NCBI GenBank assembly: GCA_944381405.1
Contig: CALWLA010000007.1
Span: 8,014 to 72,013 of the forward strand
Direction of reading: 5' to 3'
DNA from: an uncultured Lachnospiraceae bacterium
Lineage (GTDB): Bacteria; Bacillota; Clostridia; Lachnospirales; Lachnospiraceae
Length of the DNA stretch: 64,000 bases
Part shown: positions 38,468-47,727 of the stretch, in pieces
How the letters are laid out: each line of letters starts with the position of its first letter
Position numbering within the stretch: the stretch's first letter is position 1
Translations under genes and position numbers: made by a program
Notes under the pieces: generated by a model
Database searches by the model: none
What the model saw: the letters and a program-made list of their open reading frames with translations, nothing else
What the model was told of the DNA's origin: nothing

Positions 38468-40165
38468 ATGTTACTGGAACTGAACGTAAAGGACATCGCT
38501 CTGATCAAAAAGGCCCGGGTGGAATTTGGAGAGGGCCTCAATATCCTGACGGGAGAAACCGGCGCGGGAAAATCCATCGTCATCGGCTCCATCGGCCTGG
38601 CCCTGGGGGCAAAGGCCCGGGGAGACCTTTTGCGGGAGGGGGCGGAGGAGGCTTATATCGAGCTGGTTTTCCAGACGGAGCCGGGCTCCGGGCTGCAGGA
38701 AAAGCTCCACTCCCTGGGGGTCGCCATGGAGGAGGACGGGCTTTTGATCATCAGCCGGCGCATCGGCCAAAAGCGCTCCGTTTCGAAGATCAATGACGAG
38801 ACCGTGACCCTGGCGAGACTGCGGGAGGTCACCTCTCTGCTCATAGATATCTACGGCCAGCATGAGTATCAGACCCTCCTGGATCCGAAGCAGCATCTGG
38901 ATATCCTGGACGCTTTGTGCCGCAGGGAGAACGAAGCCCTGTTTGCTGCCCTGCAGGAGGCCTACCGGAGCTACAGCGCAGCAAAAAAACGGCTGCAGGA
39001 TTTCTCCATGGACGAGGAGTCCAGAAAACGGGAAATGGATTTTGCCGCCTTTGAGATCGGAGAGATCGAGGCGGCGGGACTTCGGGAAGGAGAGGAACAG
39101 GAGCTGGCCGCCCGGTACCGGCGGATGAGCCACGCCAGGCAGATCGCGGAGCATCTGTCCAGGGCCTACGGCCTGCTTTCTGAAAACGGCGTGTCAGAGG
39201 CTCTTTCCGAGGTGACGGAGGCGGCGGGCTATGACGAGGGGCTTTCGGCCCTTCGGGATCAGCTCTGCGATGCGGAGAGCATCCTTTCGGAGGCGGCCCG
39301 GGAGGTAAGGGACTATGGGGATTCCCTGGAGATGGACGAGGCCGCCTTTCAGGAAACGGAACAGCGGCTGGATCTGATCCGGGGCCTCATGGCAAAATAC
39401 GGAGGCTCTGAGGCAGCGGTGGAGGCTTATCGGAAAAAGAAGGCGGACCGGCTTTTGGAGCTTCAGGATTACGAGGAGACCCGGAAACGCTACGCCGCGG
39501 AGGCAGGAGAAGCGGAGGCGGCCCTGCTGAAGCTTTGCCGCAGCCTTTCCGAAAAACGCCGGATCGCGGCAGAAAAGCTGTCTGAGGCGGTGTGCCGGGA
39601 GCTTCGGGATCTGGGCTTTGAAAGCGTCAGCTTCCGGGCGGAATTCGGCGAACGGGAGCCCTCTCCCGAAGGAACGGACACGGTCTGCTTTATGACCTCC
39701 CTCAATCCGGGAGAAAAGGAACGGCCCCTGCAGGAGGTAGCCTCCGGCGGCGAGCTGTCCCGGATCATGCTGGCCCTTAAGACGGTGTTGGCGGAAACAG
39801 ACGATATCCCCACCCTGATCTTCGATGAGATCGATACGGGCATCAGCGGACGCACCGCCCAGAAGGTGGCGGAAAAGCTGGATATCATATCCGGGGGCCA
39901 TCAGGTGATCTGCATCACCCATCTGCCCCAGATCGCCGCCATGGCGGACCGGCATTTTGTCATTCAGAAGGAAACCAGAGAAGGGCGCAACGAAACGGAG
40001 ATCCGGCCCCTTTCCGGAGAAAACTCCCTTTCCGAGCTCACGCGGCTTCTGGGAGGCGCCCGCATCACGGAGGCGGTGCTGCAGAACGCCCGGGAGATGA
40101 AGGAGCTGGCGCAAAAAGAGAAAAAAATGCACAAAGAAGCCCGGAAAAAGAAGGACGAACTATAG
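38468..40165 (+). CDS. recN: DNA repair protein RecN
   Basis: Walker A GETGAGKS, long coiled coil, C-terminal SGGELSR and IFDEIDTGISG. Confidence 0.95.
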   Translation: MLLELNVKDIALIKKARVEFGEGLNILTGETGAGKSIVIGSIGLALGAKARGDLLREGAEEAYIELVFQTEPGSGLQEKLHSLGVAMEEDGLLIISRRIGQKRSVSKINDETVTLARLREVTSLLIDIYGQHEYQTLLDPKQHLDILDALCRRENEALFAALQEAYRSYSAAKKRLQDFSMDEESRKREMDFAAFEIGEIEAAGLREGEEQELAARYRRMSHARQIAEHLSRAYGLLSENGVSEALSEVTEAAGYDEGLSALRDQLCDAESILSEAAREVRDYGDSLEMDEAAFQETEQRLDLIRGLMAKYGGSEAAVEAYRKKKADRLLELQDYEETRKRYAAEAGEAEAALLKLCRSLSEKRRIAAEKLSEAVCRELRDLGFESVSFRAEFGEREPSPEGTDTVCFMTSLNPGEKERPLQEVASGGELSRIMLALKTVLAETDDIPTLIFDEIDTGISGRTAQKVAEKLDIISGGHQVICITHLPQIAAMADRHFVIQKETREGRNETEIRPLSGENSLSELTRLLGGARITEAVLQNAREMKELAQKEKKMHKEARKKKDEL

Positions 40166-40260
40166 GAATTGTGATATAATAGGAGAAACAGCCGGTTTTC
40201 CCTCCGGCAAGGGGCCGGGCAGGGCGGCTGTTGTGCAGCGAGCAGAGGGGGATGCAAACT

Positions 40261-41703
40261 ATGAAAAAAATATTGCTTCTTGCAAGCGAAGCGGTACCGT
40301 TCATCAAAACCGGAGGATTGGCAGATGTCGTGGGGTCTCTGCCGAAAAACATCGACCGGGAATTTTTTGACTGCCGGGTGATGATTCCAAAGTATCTGTG
40401 CATCAAGGAAGAAATGAGCCAGAAGATGGAATACATCACCAATTTCTACATGAACTATCTGGGACAGGATCGTTATGTAGGAATCTTCAAGGCAGAGTGG
40501 GAAGGTATCACCTATTATTTCATCGATAACGAGTATTATTTTTCCGGCTGGAGCCCCTATGGGGACTGGCTGTGGGATCTGCAGAAATTCTGCTTCTTCG
40601 AAAAGGCGGCGCTGAACGCCCTTCCGGTGATCGGCTTCCAGCCGGATCTGATCCACTGCCATGACTGGCAGACGGGCCTTGTGCCGGTTTATCTCAAGGA
40701 CGCCTATGCAGGCGGCGATTTTTACAGAAACATCAAGTCGGTCTTCACCATCCATAACCTGAAATTCCAGGGCGTCTGGGACGTGAAGACGGTTCAGATG
40801 CTTTCGGAGCTTTCCGACTATTACTTTACGCCGGACAAGCTGGAGGCCTACAAAAACGGAAACATGCTGAAGGGCGGCCTGGTTTATGCGGATGCCATCA
40901 CCACCGTCAGCAACACCTATGCAGAGGAGATCAAGACGCCCTTTTACGGGGAAGGACTGGACGGACTGCTGCGGGCAAGGGCCAATTCCCTCCGGGGTAT
41001 CGTCAATGGCATCGACTACAGCGAGTTCGATCCGGAAACGGATCCCCACATCGAGGCCAGATACAACCTCAAGGATTTCCGCAAGGAAAAGAAAAAGAAC
41101 AAGCTGGCGCTGCAGCGGCAGCTGGGCCTTCCGGAGGACGAGGGCAAGTTCATGATCGGTATCGTATCCAGACTGACGGATCAGAAGGGCATCGACCTGA
41201 TCCAGTGCGTCATGGACGATCTGTTCCAGGACGATATCCAGTTCGTGGTGCTGGGCACCGGAGAGGAACGGTATGAAAACATGTTCCGCCACTATGACTG
41301 GAAGTACCACGACAAGGTTTCCGCCCAGATCTATTACAGCGATCCCCTGGCTCACCGTATCTATGCGGCCTGCGACGCTTATCTGATGCCGTCGCTGTTT
41401 GAGCCCTGCGGACTTTCTCAGCTGATCGCCCTTCGCTACGGCGCAGTCCCCATCGTGCGGGAGACCGGCGGCCTGAAGGACACGGTGGAGCCCTACAACG
41501 AGTACGAATCCACCGGCACGGGATTTTCTTTTGCCAACTATAACGCCCACGAGATGCTTTCCATCATCCGCTATGCGGAGGCCGTATATTATAATAAGAA
41601 ACGGGAGTGGAACAAGCTCATCGACCGGGGCATGTCCAGGGATTTCTCCTGGAAGACCTCGGCAGCCAAGTACCAGGAGCTTTATGACTGGCTGATCGGC
41701 TGA
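40261..41703 (+). CDS. glgA: glycogen (starch) synthase
   Basis: MKKILLLASEAVPFIKTGGLADV (KTGGL motif) and C-terminal GT5 motifs (LMPSLFEPCGLSQL). An extended -10 TGATATAAT lies at 40172-40180. Confidence 0.93.
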   Translation: MKKILLLASEAVPFIKTGGLADVVGSLPKNIDREFFDCRVMIPKYLCIKEEMSQKMEYITNFYMNYLGQDRYVGIFKAEWEGITYYFIDNEYYFSGWSPYGDWLWDLQKFCFFEKAALNALPVIGFQPDLIHCHDWQTGLVPVYLKDAYAGGDFYRNIKSVFTIHNLKFQGVWDVKTVQMLSELSDYYFTPDKLEAYKNGNMLKGGLVYADAITTVSNTYAEEIKTPFYGEGLDGLLRARANSLRGIVNGIDYSEFDPETDPHIEARYNLKDFRKEKKKNKLALQRQLGLPEDEGKFMIGIVSRLTDQKGIDLIQCVMDDLFQDDIQFVVLGTGEERYENMFRHYDWKYHDKVSAQIYYSDPLAHRIYAACDAYLMPSLFEPCGLSQLIALRYGAVPIVRETGGLKDTVEPYNEYESTGTGFSFANYNAHEMLSIIRYAEAVYYNKKREWNKLIDRGMSRDFSWKTSAAKYQELYDWLIG

Positions 41704-41754
41704 TCGGCTTTTGGAAGTTTCAACAGCTTTTGCAGCAAACAAATGGAGTAACGA

Positions 41755-42213
41755 ATGAACATCTGGCAGCAGCTTCTCTCCAATACCACATTGATCACAG
41801 CCTGCGTGGCATGGCTCATCGCCCAGGTTTTAAAGACCATCATCGACTTTCGGGTGTACAAGAGCTTCAATCCGGAACGGCTGGTGGGCTCCGGGGGCAT
41901 GCCCAGCTCCCATTCCTCCACCGTCTGCGCCCTGGCGGCGTCAGCCTTTCTGCATTACGGACCGGGCTCCTTTGAGTTTTCCGTAAGCTTCATCCTGGCC
42001 ATGGTGGTGATGTACGACGCCACCGGCGTGCGGCAGGAAACCGGCAAGCAGGCCAAGGTGCTGAACGCGCTGCTTCGGGAAAATCCCTTTGAATGGACAG
42101 GGGAGCTGCTGGAGCAGAGGCTGAAGGAGTTTGTGGGACATACGCCGCTGCAGGTATTTGCGGGAGCGGTGCTGGGAATTCTGGTGGCCCTTGCGGCGGA
42201 ATTCCTGTTCTAA
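41755..42213 (+). CDS. divergent PAP2 (DUF212) family membrane protein
   Basis: GGMPSSHSS and YDATGVR motifs. 152 aa with about four TM segments. Confidence 0.85.
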   Translation: MNIWQQLLSNTTLITACVAWLIAQVLKTIIDFRVYKSFNPERLVGSGGMPSSHSSTVCALAASAFLHYGPGSFEFSVSFILAMVVMYDATGVRQETGKQAKVLNALLRENPFEWTGELLEQRLKEFVGHTPLQVFAGAVLGILVALAAEFLF

Positions 42214-42260
42214 AAAAAGAAAAGCTGCTTTTCCGCCAGGAAAAGCGTTGCAGGAGAAGG

Positions 42261-43229
42261 ATGAGATCTCAGAAAAAAACAGGTCTGAAAAAGAGCATAA
42301 GCTGGATCATTCTGATGGCGGTACTTCTGGTATCGCCGTCGCTTCTGTCCGGCTGTAAGGGTGTGGAGCTGGAGAACAAGACGGAGCAGGTCCGGGGCTA
42401 TTCCCGGCAGCAGGCCATGATCCTTTTGGCCAACGAACGGAACCGGTATCAGAACGTCTATTCCCCGGAGATCTGGCAGGGCGACTTTCAGGATCAGATG
42501 GTGGAAAACGTCAAGGGCTTTCTGGAGCAGATCGCGACCCTGAAGCTTATGGCAGAGGAGCGGGGCATCAATCTGACGGGCCAGGAGCAGGAAGCGCTGC
42601 GGAACCTCAGCGATCAGTATTATGCCGGCCTTTCCGAAGCGGACCGGGACTATATCGGCTGCAGCCTGCAGGATGTGCAGACCATGTATACGGATTATTA
42701 TCTGGCGGACAAGGTGGCGGAGACCCTGACCCAGGGAGCGGAGACGGAGATCAGCGATTCCGAAGCGAAGATCATCCATGTGGATCAGATCGTGACCGCA
42801 TCCCTGCCGAAGGCCATGGCCATCCTGAAGCTGGTGAAGCTGGAGGGGGCGGACTTCGACGCTATGGCCAGAAGATATTCCGAATCCGAGGAGCTGGAGC
42901 GGGAGCTTTACCGGGCCCCTGAGGAGGACGTTTATCAGCGGACTGCCTTTTCCCTGGACGAAGGGGAGATCTCCAACATCGTGGAGATGGATGGCATGTA
43001 TTATATCATCCGCTGCAGGGACGGCTATGACGAGGAGGCCACCCTGGAACGGAAGGAGCGGCTTCAGACCGCCATGCTGGATCAGGCCTTCCTGTCGGTG
43101 TATCAGCCCTATCAGGAGGAGCACAGGCTTCACTTCACCGCGGGCTTCTGGAATCAGCTGGATTTTTCAGACCATCCGGATTCCACCGTCACCAATTTTT
43201 TCAGCCTGTATCAGGAATACTTTTCCTGA
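42261..43229 (+). CDS. PrsA/SurA-like peptidylprolyl isomerase lipoprotein
   Basis: ATG 42261. Lipobox LLSGC. Parvulin-like C-terminal half (IIHVDQI...GADFDAMARRYSE...GEISNIVEMDGMYYIIRC). Confidence 0.75.
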   Translation: MRSQKKTGLKKSISWIILMAVLLVSPSLLSGCKGVELENKTEQVRGYSRQQAMILLANERNRYQNVYSPEIWQGDFQDQMVENVKGFLEQIATLKLMAEERGINLTGQEQEALRNLSDQYYAGLSEADRDYIGCSLQDVQTMYTDYYLADKVAETLTQGAETEISDSEAKIIHVDQIVTASLPKAMAILKLVKLEGADFDAMARRYSESEELERELYRAPEEDVYQRTAFSLDEGEISNIVEMDGMYYIIRCRDGYDEEATLERKERLQTAMLDQAFLSVYQPYQEEHRLHFTAGFWNQLDFSDHPDSTVTNFFSLYQEYFS

Positions 43230-43267
43230 TGGCCGGACCTGGGCTTCCGGGAATAAATAAAATATCA

Positions 43268-43305
43268 GTATAAGTATAAGTATAAGTATAAGTATAAGTA
43301 TAAGT
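43268..43305. repeat. hexanucleotide microsatellite (GTATAA)6
   Basis: Six perfect tandem GTATAA units (43268-43303) plus a partial GT, lying between the stop of the PPIase gene and its terminator. Confidence 0.95.
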
Positions 43306-43313
43306 GTCAGCGC

Positions 43314-43343
43314 GGCTGCCGGATCTCCGGCAGCCTTGTTTTT
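43314..43343 (+). terminator. rho-independent terminator
   Basis: GGCTGCCGG-ATCT-CCGGCAGCC followed by TTGTTTTT. Confidence 0.8.
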
Positions 43344-43383
43344 GTATAAATACAATTTTTTGTCCCAAAATCAGAAAAACACC

Positions 43384-43412
43384 TTTACAAATTTATATTT
43401 ATACGCTATTAT
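43384..43412 (+). promoter_or_regulatory. candidate promoter of the amino-acid ABC operon
   Basis: TTTACA (43384-43389), 17 nt, TATTAT (43407-43412) in an AT-rich intergenic stretch. Confidence 0.4.
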
Positions 43413-43468
43413 GTATAATCATACAAAAGAAACGGATAAATATCAAAATTTGTTTGGAGGAAAAGGAT

Positions 43469-44401
43469 ATGAAAAAGTCTATGATGAAAAAATATGCAGC
43501 TCTTGGTATTTCAGCGATGATGCTGGCAGCTCTTTCCGGCTGCGGTGCAGCAGAGGAAGCCCAACAGGCCCTGAATGAGGAGGCCCAGACCGCAGCGGAG
43601 ACCACCACGGCGGCAGCGGCGGAGGAGGCTTCCGGGGAAACCCCAGAGGCAGGCGACCGGCTGGAGGCCATCAAGGCGGCAGGAAAGCTGGTGATGGCCA
43701 CAAGCCCGGACTTTGCTCCCTATGAGTTCGAGGATATCTCCAGCGGCGAAAAGAAATACGCCGGCGCAGACATCGATCTGGCGGAATACATCGCAGATAA
43801 GATCGGGGTAGAGCTGGAGATCCAGGCCATGGACTTTGCGGCCTGCCAGGCAGCAGTCACCACCGGCGCAGTGGATATCTCCATCGCAGGTTATTCTGCG
43901 ACTCCGGAGCGTGAAGAGAGCATGGGTCTTTCCCATCCCTACAGCGCAGAGGAGGACGACGGAAAGTCCCAGGGCATCCTCATTAAGAAGGAACGGGCGG
44001 AGGAGCTTTCCACCGCAGAGGCCTTTGCAGGAAAGACGGTAGCGGCCCAGAACGGCGCCCTGCAGCAGAACCTTCTGACGGAGCAGCTTCCGGACACCAA
44101 CATGGAGACCATCATCAGCGTAACGGATGCGGTCCTGATGCTGACCACAGACAAGATCGACGGACTTGCCATCGCCACCTCCGTGGGAGAGCAGTACATG
44201 GCAAACTACCCGGATCTCGTGATGAGCGACTTCTATTTTGTGATGGAGGACGAGGGAAGCGTTGCGGCAGTGCCCAAGGGCGAGCAGGAGCTTCTGGACG
44301 TGGTGAACGAATGCATCGACGAGGTGATGGAGCAGGGGCTCTACAAGCAGTGGTATGATGAAAATCTGGAGCTGGCAAAATCCCTGGGTCTGGACGTATA
44401 A
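43469..44401 (+). CDS. amino acid ABC transporter substrate-binding lipoprotein (family 3)
   Basis: ATG 43469 after GGAGGAAAAGG. Lipobox LSGCGA, Ala/Glu/Thr linker, then a typical SBP_bac_3 core ([14 protein letters not shown]...GADIDLA...). Confidence 0.88.
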   Translation: MKKSMMKKYAALGISAMMLAALSGCGAAEEAQQALNEEAQTAAETTTAAAAEEASGETPEAGDRLEAIKAAGKLVMATSPDFAPYEFEDISSGEKKYAGADIDLAEYIADKIGVELEIQAMDFAACQAAVTTGAVDISIAGYSATPEREESMGLSHPYSAEEDDGKSQGILIKKERAEELSTAEAFAGKTVAAQNGALQQNLLTEQLPDTNMETIISVTDAVLMLTTDKIDGLAIATSVGEQYMANYPDLVMSDFYFVMEDEGSVAAVPKGEQELLDVVNECIDEVMEQGLYKQWYDENLELAKSLGLDV

Positions 44402-44462
44402 GCACCCGGACAGCAGCAGGATTTTGAAAAACAGACTTCATGATGGATAAAGGGTGAATGAC

Positions 44463-45146
44463 ATGATAGAAAATTTGATTCGGGTTTGGGATAAATATTG
44501 GATACTGTTCCTGCAGGGACTGGGAATTACCCTGCTGCTGAGCCTTATCACGGTGGTGGCCGGTTGTATTCTGGGATTTCTGCTCTCCCTTCTGCGGATG
44601 AGCAAGCTGAGGATCTTCCACTTCCGGCCCCTGAACACCATTGCAGGCATCTATGTAGAGGTCATCCGGGGAACGCCGATCCTTCTGCAGCTGTATTTTT
44701 TCTATTTCATGCTGCCGGAGATGATCCCCTTCCTGAATCCCTCCAAGCTGGTATGCTGTACCTTCGCCCTGTGCCTGAACTCCGCGGCCTATGTTTCCGA
44801 GGTCATCCGGGCAGGCATCCAGGCGGTGGACAAGGGGCAGACGGAGGCGGCCCGGTCCCTGGGCCTTAACCAGAAACAGACCATGATGCACGTGGTGCTG
44901 CCCCAGGCGGTGAAAAACATCCTGCCGGCCCTTTGCAACGAATTTGTTACCATGATCAAGGAAACCTCCCTGGCCTCCACCTTCTTTGTAGGAGAGCTGA
45001 TGACGGTTTACCGCACCATTTCCGGCGCGCTGTTCCTGACCATCGAGCCTTTGATCATCGTAGGCATCATTTACTTTATCGTTACCTTTACCCTGTCCAA
45101 GGGCGTGCTGTATATGGAAAAGCGGATGGCAGCTTCGGCAGCCTGA
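44463..45146 (+). CDS. amino acid ABC transporter permease (His/Glu/Gln/Arg/opine family)
   Basis: YVEVIRGTPILLQLYFFYF and the EAA loop (EAARSLGLNQKQTMMHVVLPQA). GTG 44454 is an alternative start. Confidence 0.9.
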   Translation: MIENLIRVWDKYWILFLQGLGITLLLSLITVVAGCILGFLLSLLRMSKLRIFHFRPLNTIAGIYVEVIRGTPILLQLYFFYFMLPEMIPFLNPSKLVCCTFALCLNSAAYVSEVIRAGIQAVDKGQTEAARSLGLNQKQTMMHVVLPQAVKNILPALCNEFVTMIKETSLASTFFVGELMTVYRTISGALFLTIEPLIIVGIIYFIVTFTLSKGVLYMEKRMAASAA

Positions 45147-45194
45147 TGGGAGACGGCATCGGCCCGGGAACTGAGAAAATAAGGAAAGAAGACC

Positions 45195-45962
45195 ATGGAG
45201 ATAAAGACAAACAAGAAAACAGAAGCAGGAGAAGAGCTCATCCGGGTGGAGGGGCTCGAGAAAAAATTCGGCAGCCTTCAGGTGCTGAAGGGCATCGACC
45301 AGGTGATCCGCAAGGGAGAGGTAGTGTCCGTCATCGGCCCCTCCGGCGGCGGCAAATCCACCTTCCTGCGGTGCCTGAATCTGTTGGAGGTACCGGACGG
45401 GGGCAGCATCTTTTTTGAAGGGGTGGACATCACCCGAAAGGACGTGGACATCAACCTGCACCGGCAGAAGATGGGCATGGTGTTCCAGCATTTCAACGTT
45501 TTCCCCAACATGACCGTGGGGGAAAACGTCACCATGGCGCCGGTGCTCCTTGGGAAAAAGACCAAGGAGGAGGCCCGGGAAATGGCAAAGGAGCTCCTGA
45601 ACAGAGTCGGCCTTCTTGACAAGATCGACGCTTACCCCCAGAAGCTTTCCGGAGGACAGAAGCAGCGGCTTGCCATCGTGCGGGCCCTGGCCATGGAACC
45701 GGACGTGATGCTCTTCGACGAGCCCACCTCGGCCCTGGATCCTGAAATGGTAGGAGAGGTGCTGAACGTAATCAAGGAGCTGGTGAAGACCGGCATGACC
45801 ACGGTGATCGTGACCCATGAGATGGGATTTGCCAAGGAGGTTTCCGACCGGGTGCTGTTTATGGACGGCGGCGTCATCGCCGAGGAGGGCACTCCCGAGG
45901 AGCTTTTCGAGCATCCCAAGAGCGAACGTACCAAGGAATTTCTCGGAAAGGTGCTTTATTAA
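45195..45962 (+). CDS. amino acid ABC transporter ATP-binding protein
   Basis: Walker [10 protein letters not shown], signature LSGGQKQR, Walker [13 protein letters not shown]-loop VTHEMGFA. Confidence 0.93.
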   Translation: MEIKTNKKTEAGEELIRVEGLEKKFGSLQVLKGIDQVIRKGEVVSVIGPSGGGKSTFLRCLNLLEVPDGGSIFFEGVDITRKDVDINLHRQKMGMVFQHFNVFPNMTVGENVTMAPVLLGKKTKEEAREMAKELLNRVGLLDKIDAYPQKLSGGQKQRLAIVRALAMEPDVMLFDEPTSALDPEMVGEVLNVIKELVKTGMTTVIVTHEMGFAKEVSDRVLFMDGGVIAEEGTPEELFEHPKSERTKEFLGKVLY

Positions 45963-46019
45963 AGCCCTGCCGGGGCAGCTGGCCTTCCGGCGGGAATCAG
46001 AAAACAAAGAGGCGGAAAC

Positions 46020-47477
46020 ATGGACAAGAAAACATATCAGGCATATATCGAAGAAAAAAAAGAACTGGTTTTTGAGGTATCGGACAAGATCTGGGAATAC
46101 GCAGAGCTGTCCCTGAAGGAGCACAAGTCCTGCCAGCTGTACTGCAAGGTGCTGAAGGAGGAGGGCTTTACGGTGGAAAACCCGGTGGCGGGCATCGAAA
46201 CCGCCTTTGCCGCAAGCTTTGGCAGCGGCAGCCCGGTGATCGGTATCCTGGGAGAATACGACGCCCTGAGCGGCCTGTCCCAGAAGGCGGGGGCGGCAGA
46301 GCGCTGCGAGATCCTGGAAGGGGGCAACGGCCATGGCTGCGGCCATAACATGCTGGGAGCAGGCTCCCTGGCGGCTGCTATCGGCATCAAAAAATATCTT
46401 TCCGAAAAACCTGCCGGTAGCGGCACTGTGATCTTTTTCGGCTGCCCCGGCGAGGAGGGGGGCGCGGCAAAGGCCTTTATGGCGAGAGACGGGGTCTGGA
46501 AAAAACTGGACTGCGCCCTTACCTGGCATCCGGGCGACTGCAATCAGGTCACCAGCGGTACCTGCAACAGCTGCATTCAGACGGAGTATGCCTTCCAGGG
46601 CATCGCTTCCCATGCGGCAGGCAATCCGGAGCTGGGGCGTTCCGCCCTGGATGCGGTGGAGGTGATGAACATGGGCGTGCAGTTCCTGCGGGAGCATATG
46701 CCCCAGGAGGCCCGGATCCATTACGCCATCACCGATGCAGGGGGCGTTTCCCCCAATGTGGTGCAGCCCCATGCCCAGGTGCTCTACATGGTGCGCTCCG
46801 TGCTGGCAAAGGACGCCCTGGCGTTGCAGAAACGGGTGGACGACATCGCGGAGGGCGCGGCCCTCATCACCGGCACCAGGCTGAAGAAAAAGTTCATCGA
46901 CGGCTGCTCCAATACGGTGCCCAACAAGGTGCTGGAGGAGCTTCTGTATCAGAACTTCCAGGAAACCGGCGTTCCGGAATATACGGAGGAGGAGCTGGCC
47001 TATGCCAAGGCCCTGACGAACTCCTATGAGTTCCATGACGACAGGCTTCCGGGAGACGCCTGGGAGGAGAGCCCGGAGATCAAGGCCTTTGTGGAAAAGG
47101 CTTCTGAAAACGCCACAAAGCCCATGAATGATTTCCTGATCCCGTATCTCTACAGCGAGAAAAAGACCCCGGGATCCACAGATGTGGGAGACGTGAGCTG
47201 GCTGACTCCGGCGGCCCAGTTCAACACCGCCTGCTTTGCGGCAGGCTCCCCGGGACACAGCTGGCAGAATGTTTCCTGCGGCTGCACCTCCATCGGACAC
47301 AAGGGCCTGCTGTGCGCAGGCAAGGTGCTCTGCGGGACCGCCATCGATCTCTTTGAGGATCCGAAGCTCATCGAAGCCGCAAAGGAGGAATTTGCGGAAA
47401 AAACAAAGATCGGCTATTACTGTCCGGTTCCTGAGGACGCAAAGCCGGTGCTTTCCGGAGAAAAGATCGAGTTTTAA
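46020..47477 (+). CDS. M20 family amidohydrolase (AbgB/aminobenzoyl-glutamate hydrolase subunit B-like)
   Basis: GILGEYDALSGLSQ and GHGCGHNMLG metal-binding region typical of the AbgB-like M20 subfamily. 485 aa. Confidence 0.8.
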   Translation: MDKKTYQAYIEEKKELVFEVSDKIWEYAELSLKEHKSCQLYCKVLKEEGFTVENPVAGIETAFAASFGSGSPVIGILGEYDALSGLSQKAGAAERCEILEGGNGHGCGHNMLGAGSLAAAIGIKKYLSEKPAGSGTVIFFGCPGEEGGAAKAFMARDGVWKKLDCALTWHPGDCNQVTSGTCNSCIQTEYAFQGIASHAAGNPELGRSALDAVEVMNMGVQFLREHMPQEARIHYAITDAGGVSPNVVQPHAQVLYMVRSVLAKDALALQKRVDDIAEGAALITGTRLKKKFIDGCSNTVPNKVLEELLYQNFQETGVPEYTEEELAYAKALTNSYEFHDDRLPGDAWEESPEIKAFVEKASENATKPMNDFLIPYLYSEKKTPGSTDVGDVSWLTPAAQFNTACFAAGSPGHSWQNVSCGCTSIGHKGLLCAGKVLCGTAIDLFEDPKLIEAAKEEFAEKTKIGYYCPVPEDAKPVLSGEKIEF

Positions 47478-47566
47478 GGAGGCGGACCCGGGACGGCCCG
47501 CGATCAAAACCGGCGGGGCAGCACTCCTGGAGCCGGGAGATAGAAAGTTTAGAAAAATTTTAGCTT

Positions 47567-47596
47567 TATCAGCACTCTTGCAGCAAGAGTGCTATT
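47567..47596 (+). promoter_or_regulatory. CIRCE operator (HrcA binding site)
   Basis: TCAGCACTC-TTGCAGCAA-GAGTGCTAT versus consensus TTAGCACTC-N9-GAGTGCTAA (16/18 match, exact 9-nt spacer). Confidence 0.85.
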
Positions 47597-47622
47597 GACA
47601 AAAGCTTTCACTCAGGTATAAT
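47595..47622 (+). promoter_or_regulatory. sigma-A promoter of htpG
   Basis: Consensus TTGACA (47595-47600), 16-nt spacer, consensus TATAAT (47617-47622). The -35 overlaps the right end of CIRCE. Confidence 0.7.
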
Positions 47623-47727
47623 AAAACTAACGGCACAAGACGCGGGGCGCTTTGCTTCCGGGTCTTGTGTTTTGCAGAAAAATCCCTTTGGAGACAGGAA
47701 AAGGGAAGAAAAGAGGAGTGATAGGCA

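Noticed and set aside
39964-41742. 592-aa minus-strand ORF
   Set aside because: Antisense to glgA and the recN 3' end. No motifs, and stop-free only because of the GC-rich complementary codons.
43167-43355. 62-aa minus-strand ORF containing [12 protein letters not shown]
   Set aside because: The Leu-Ile run is simply the translation of the (GTATAA)6 microsatellite. The ORF also runs through a terminator hairpin and has no RBS.
44115-47507. 1130-aa ORF on the minus strand
   Set aside because: It spans four independently recognisable plus-strand genes (SBP 3' end, permease, ATPase, M20 hydrolase) including their intergenic gaps. Its composition is typical of an antisense shadow frame, and it has no recognisable domain.
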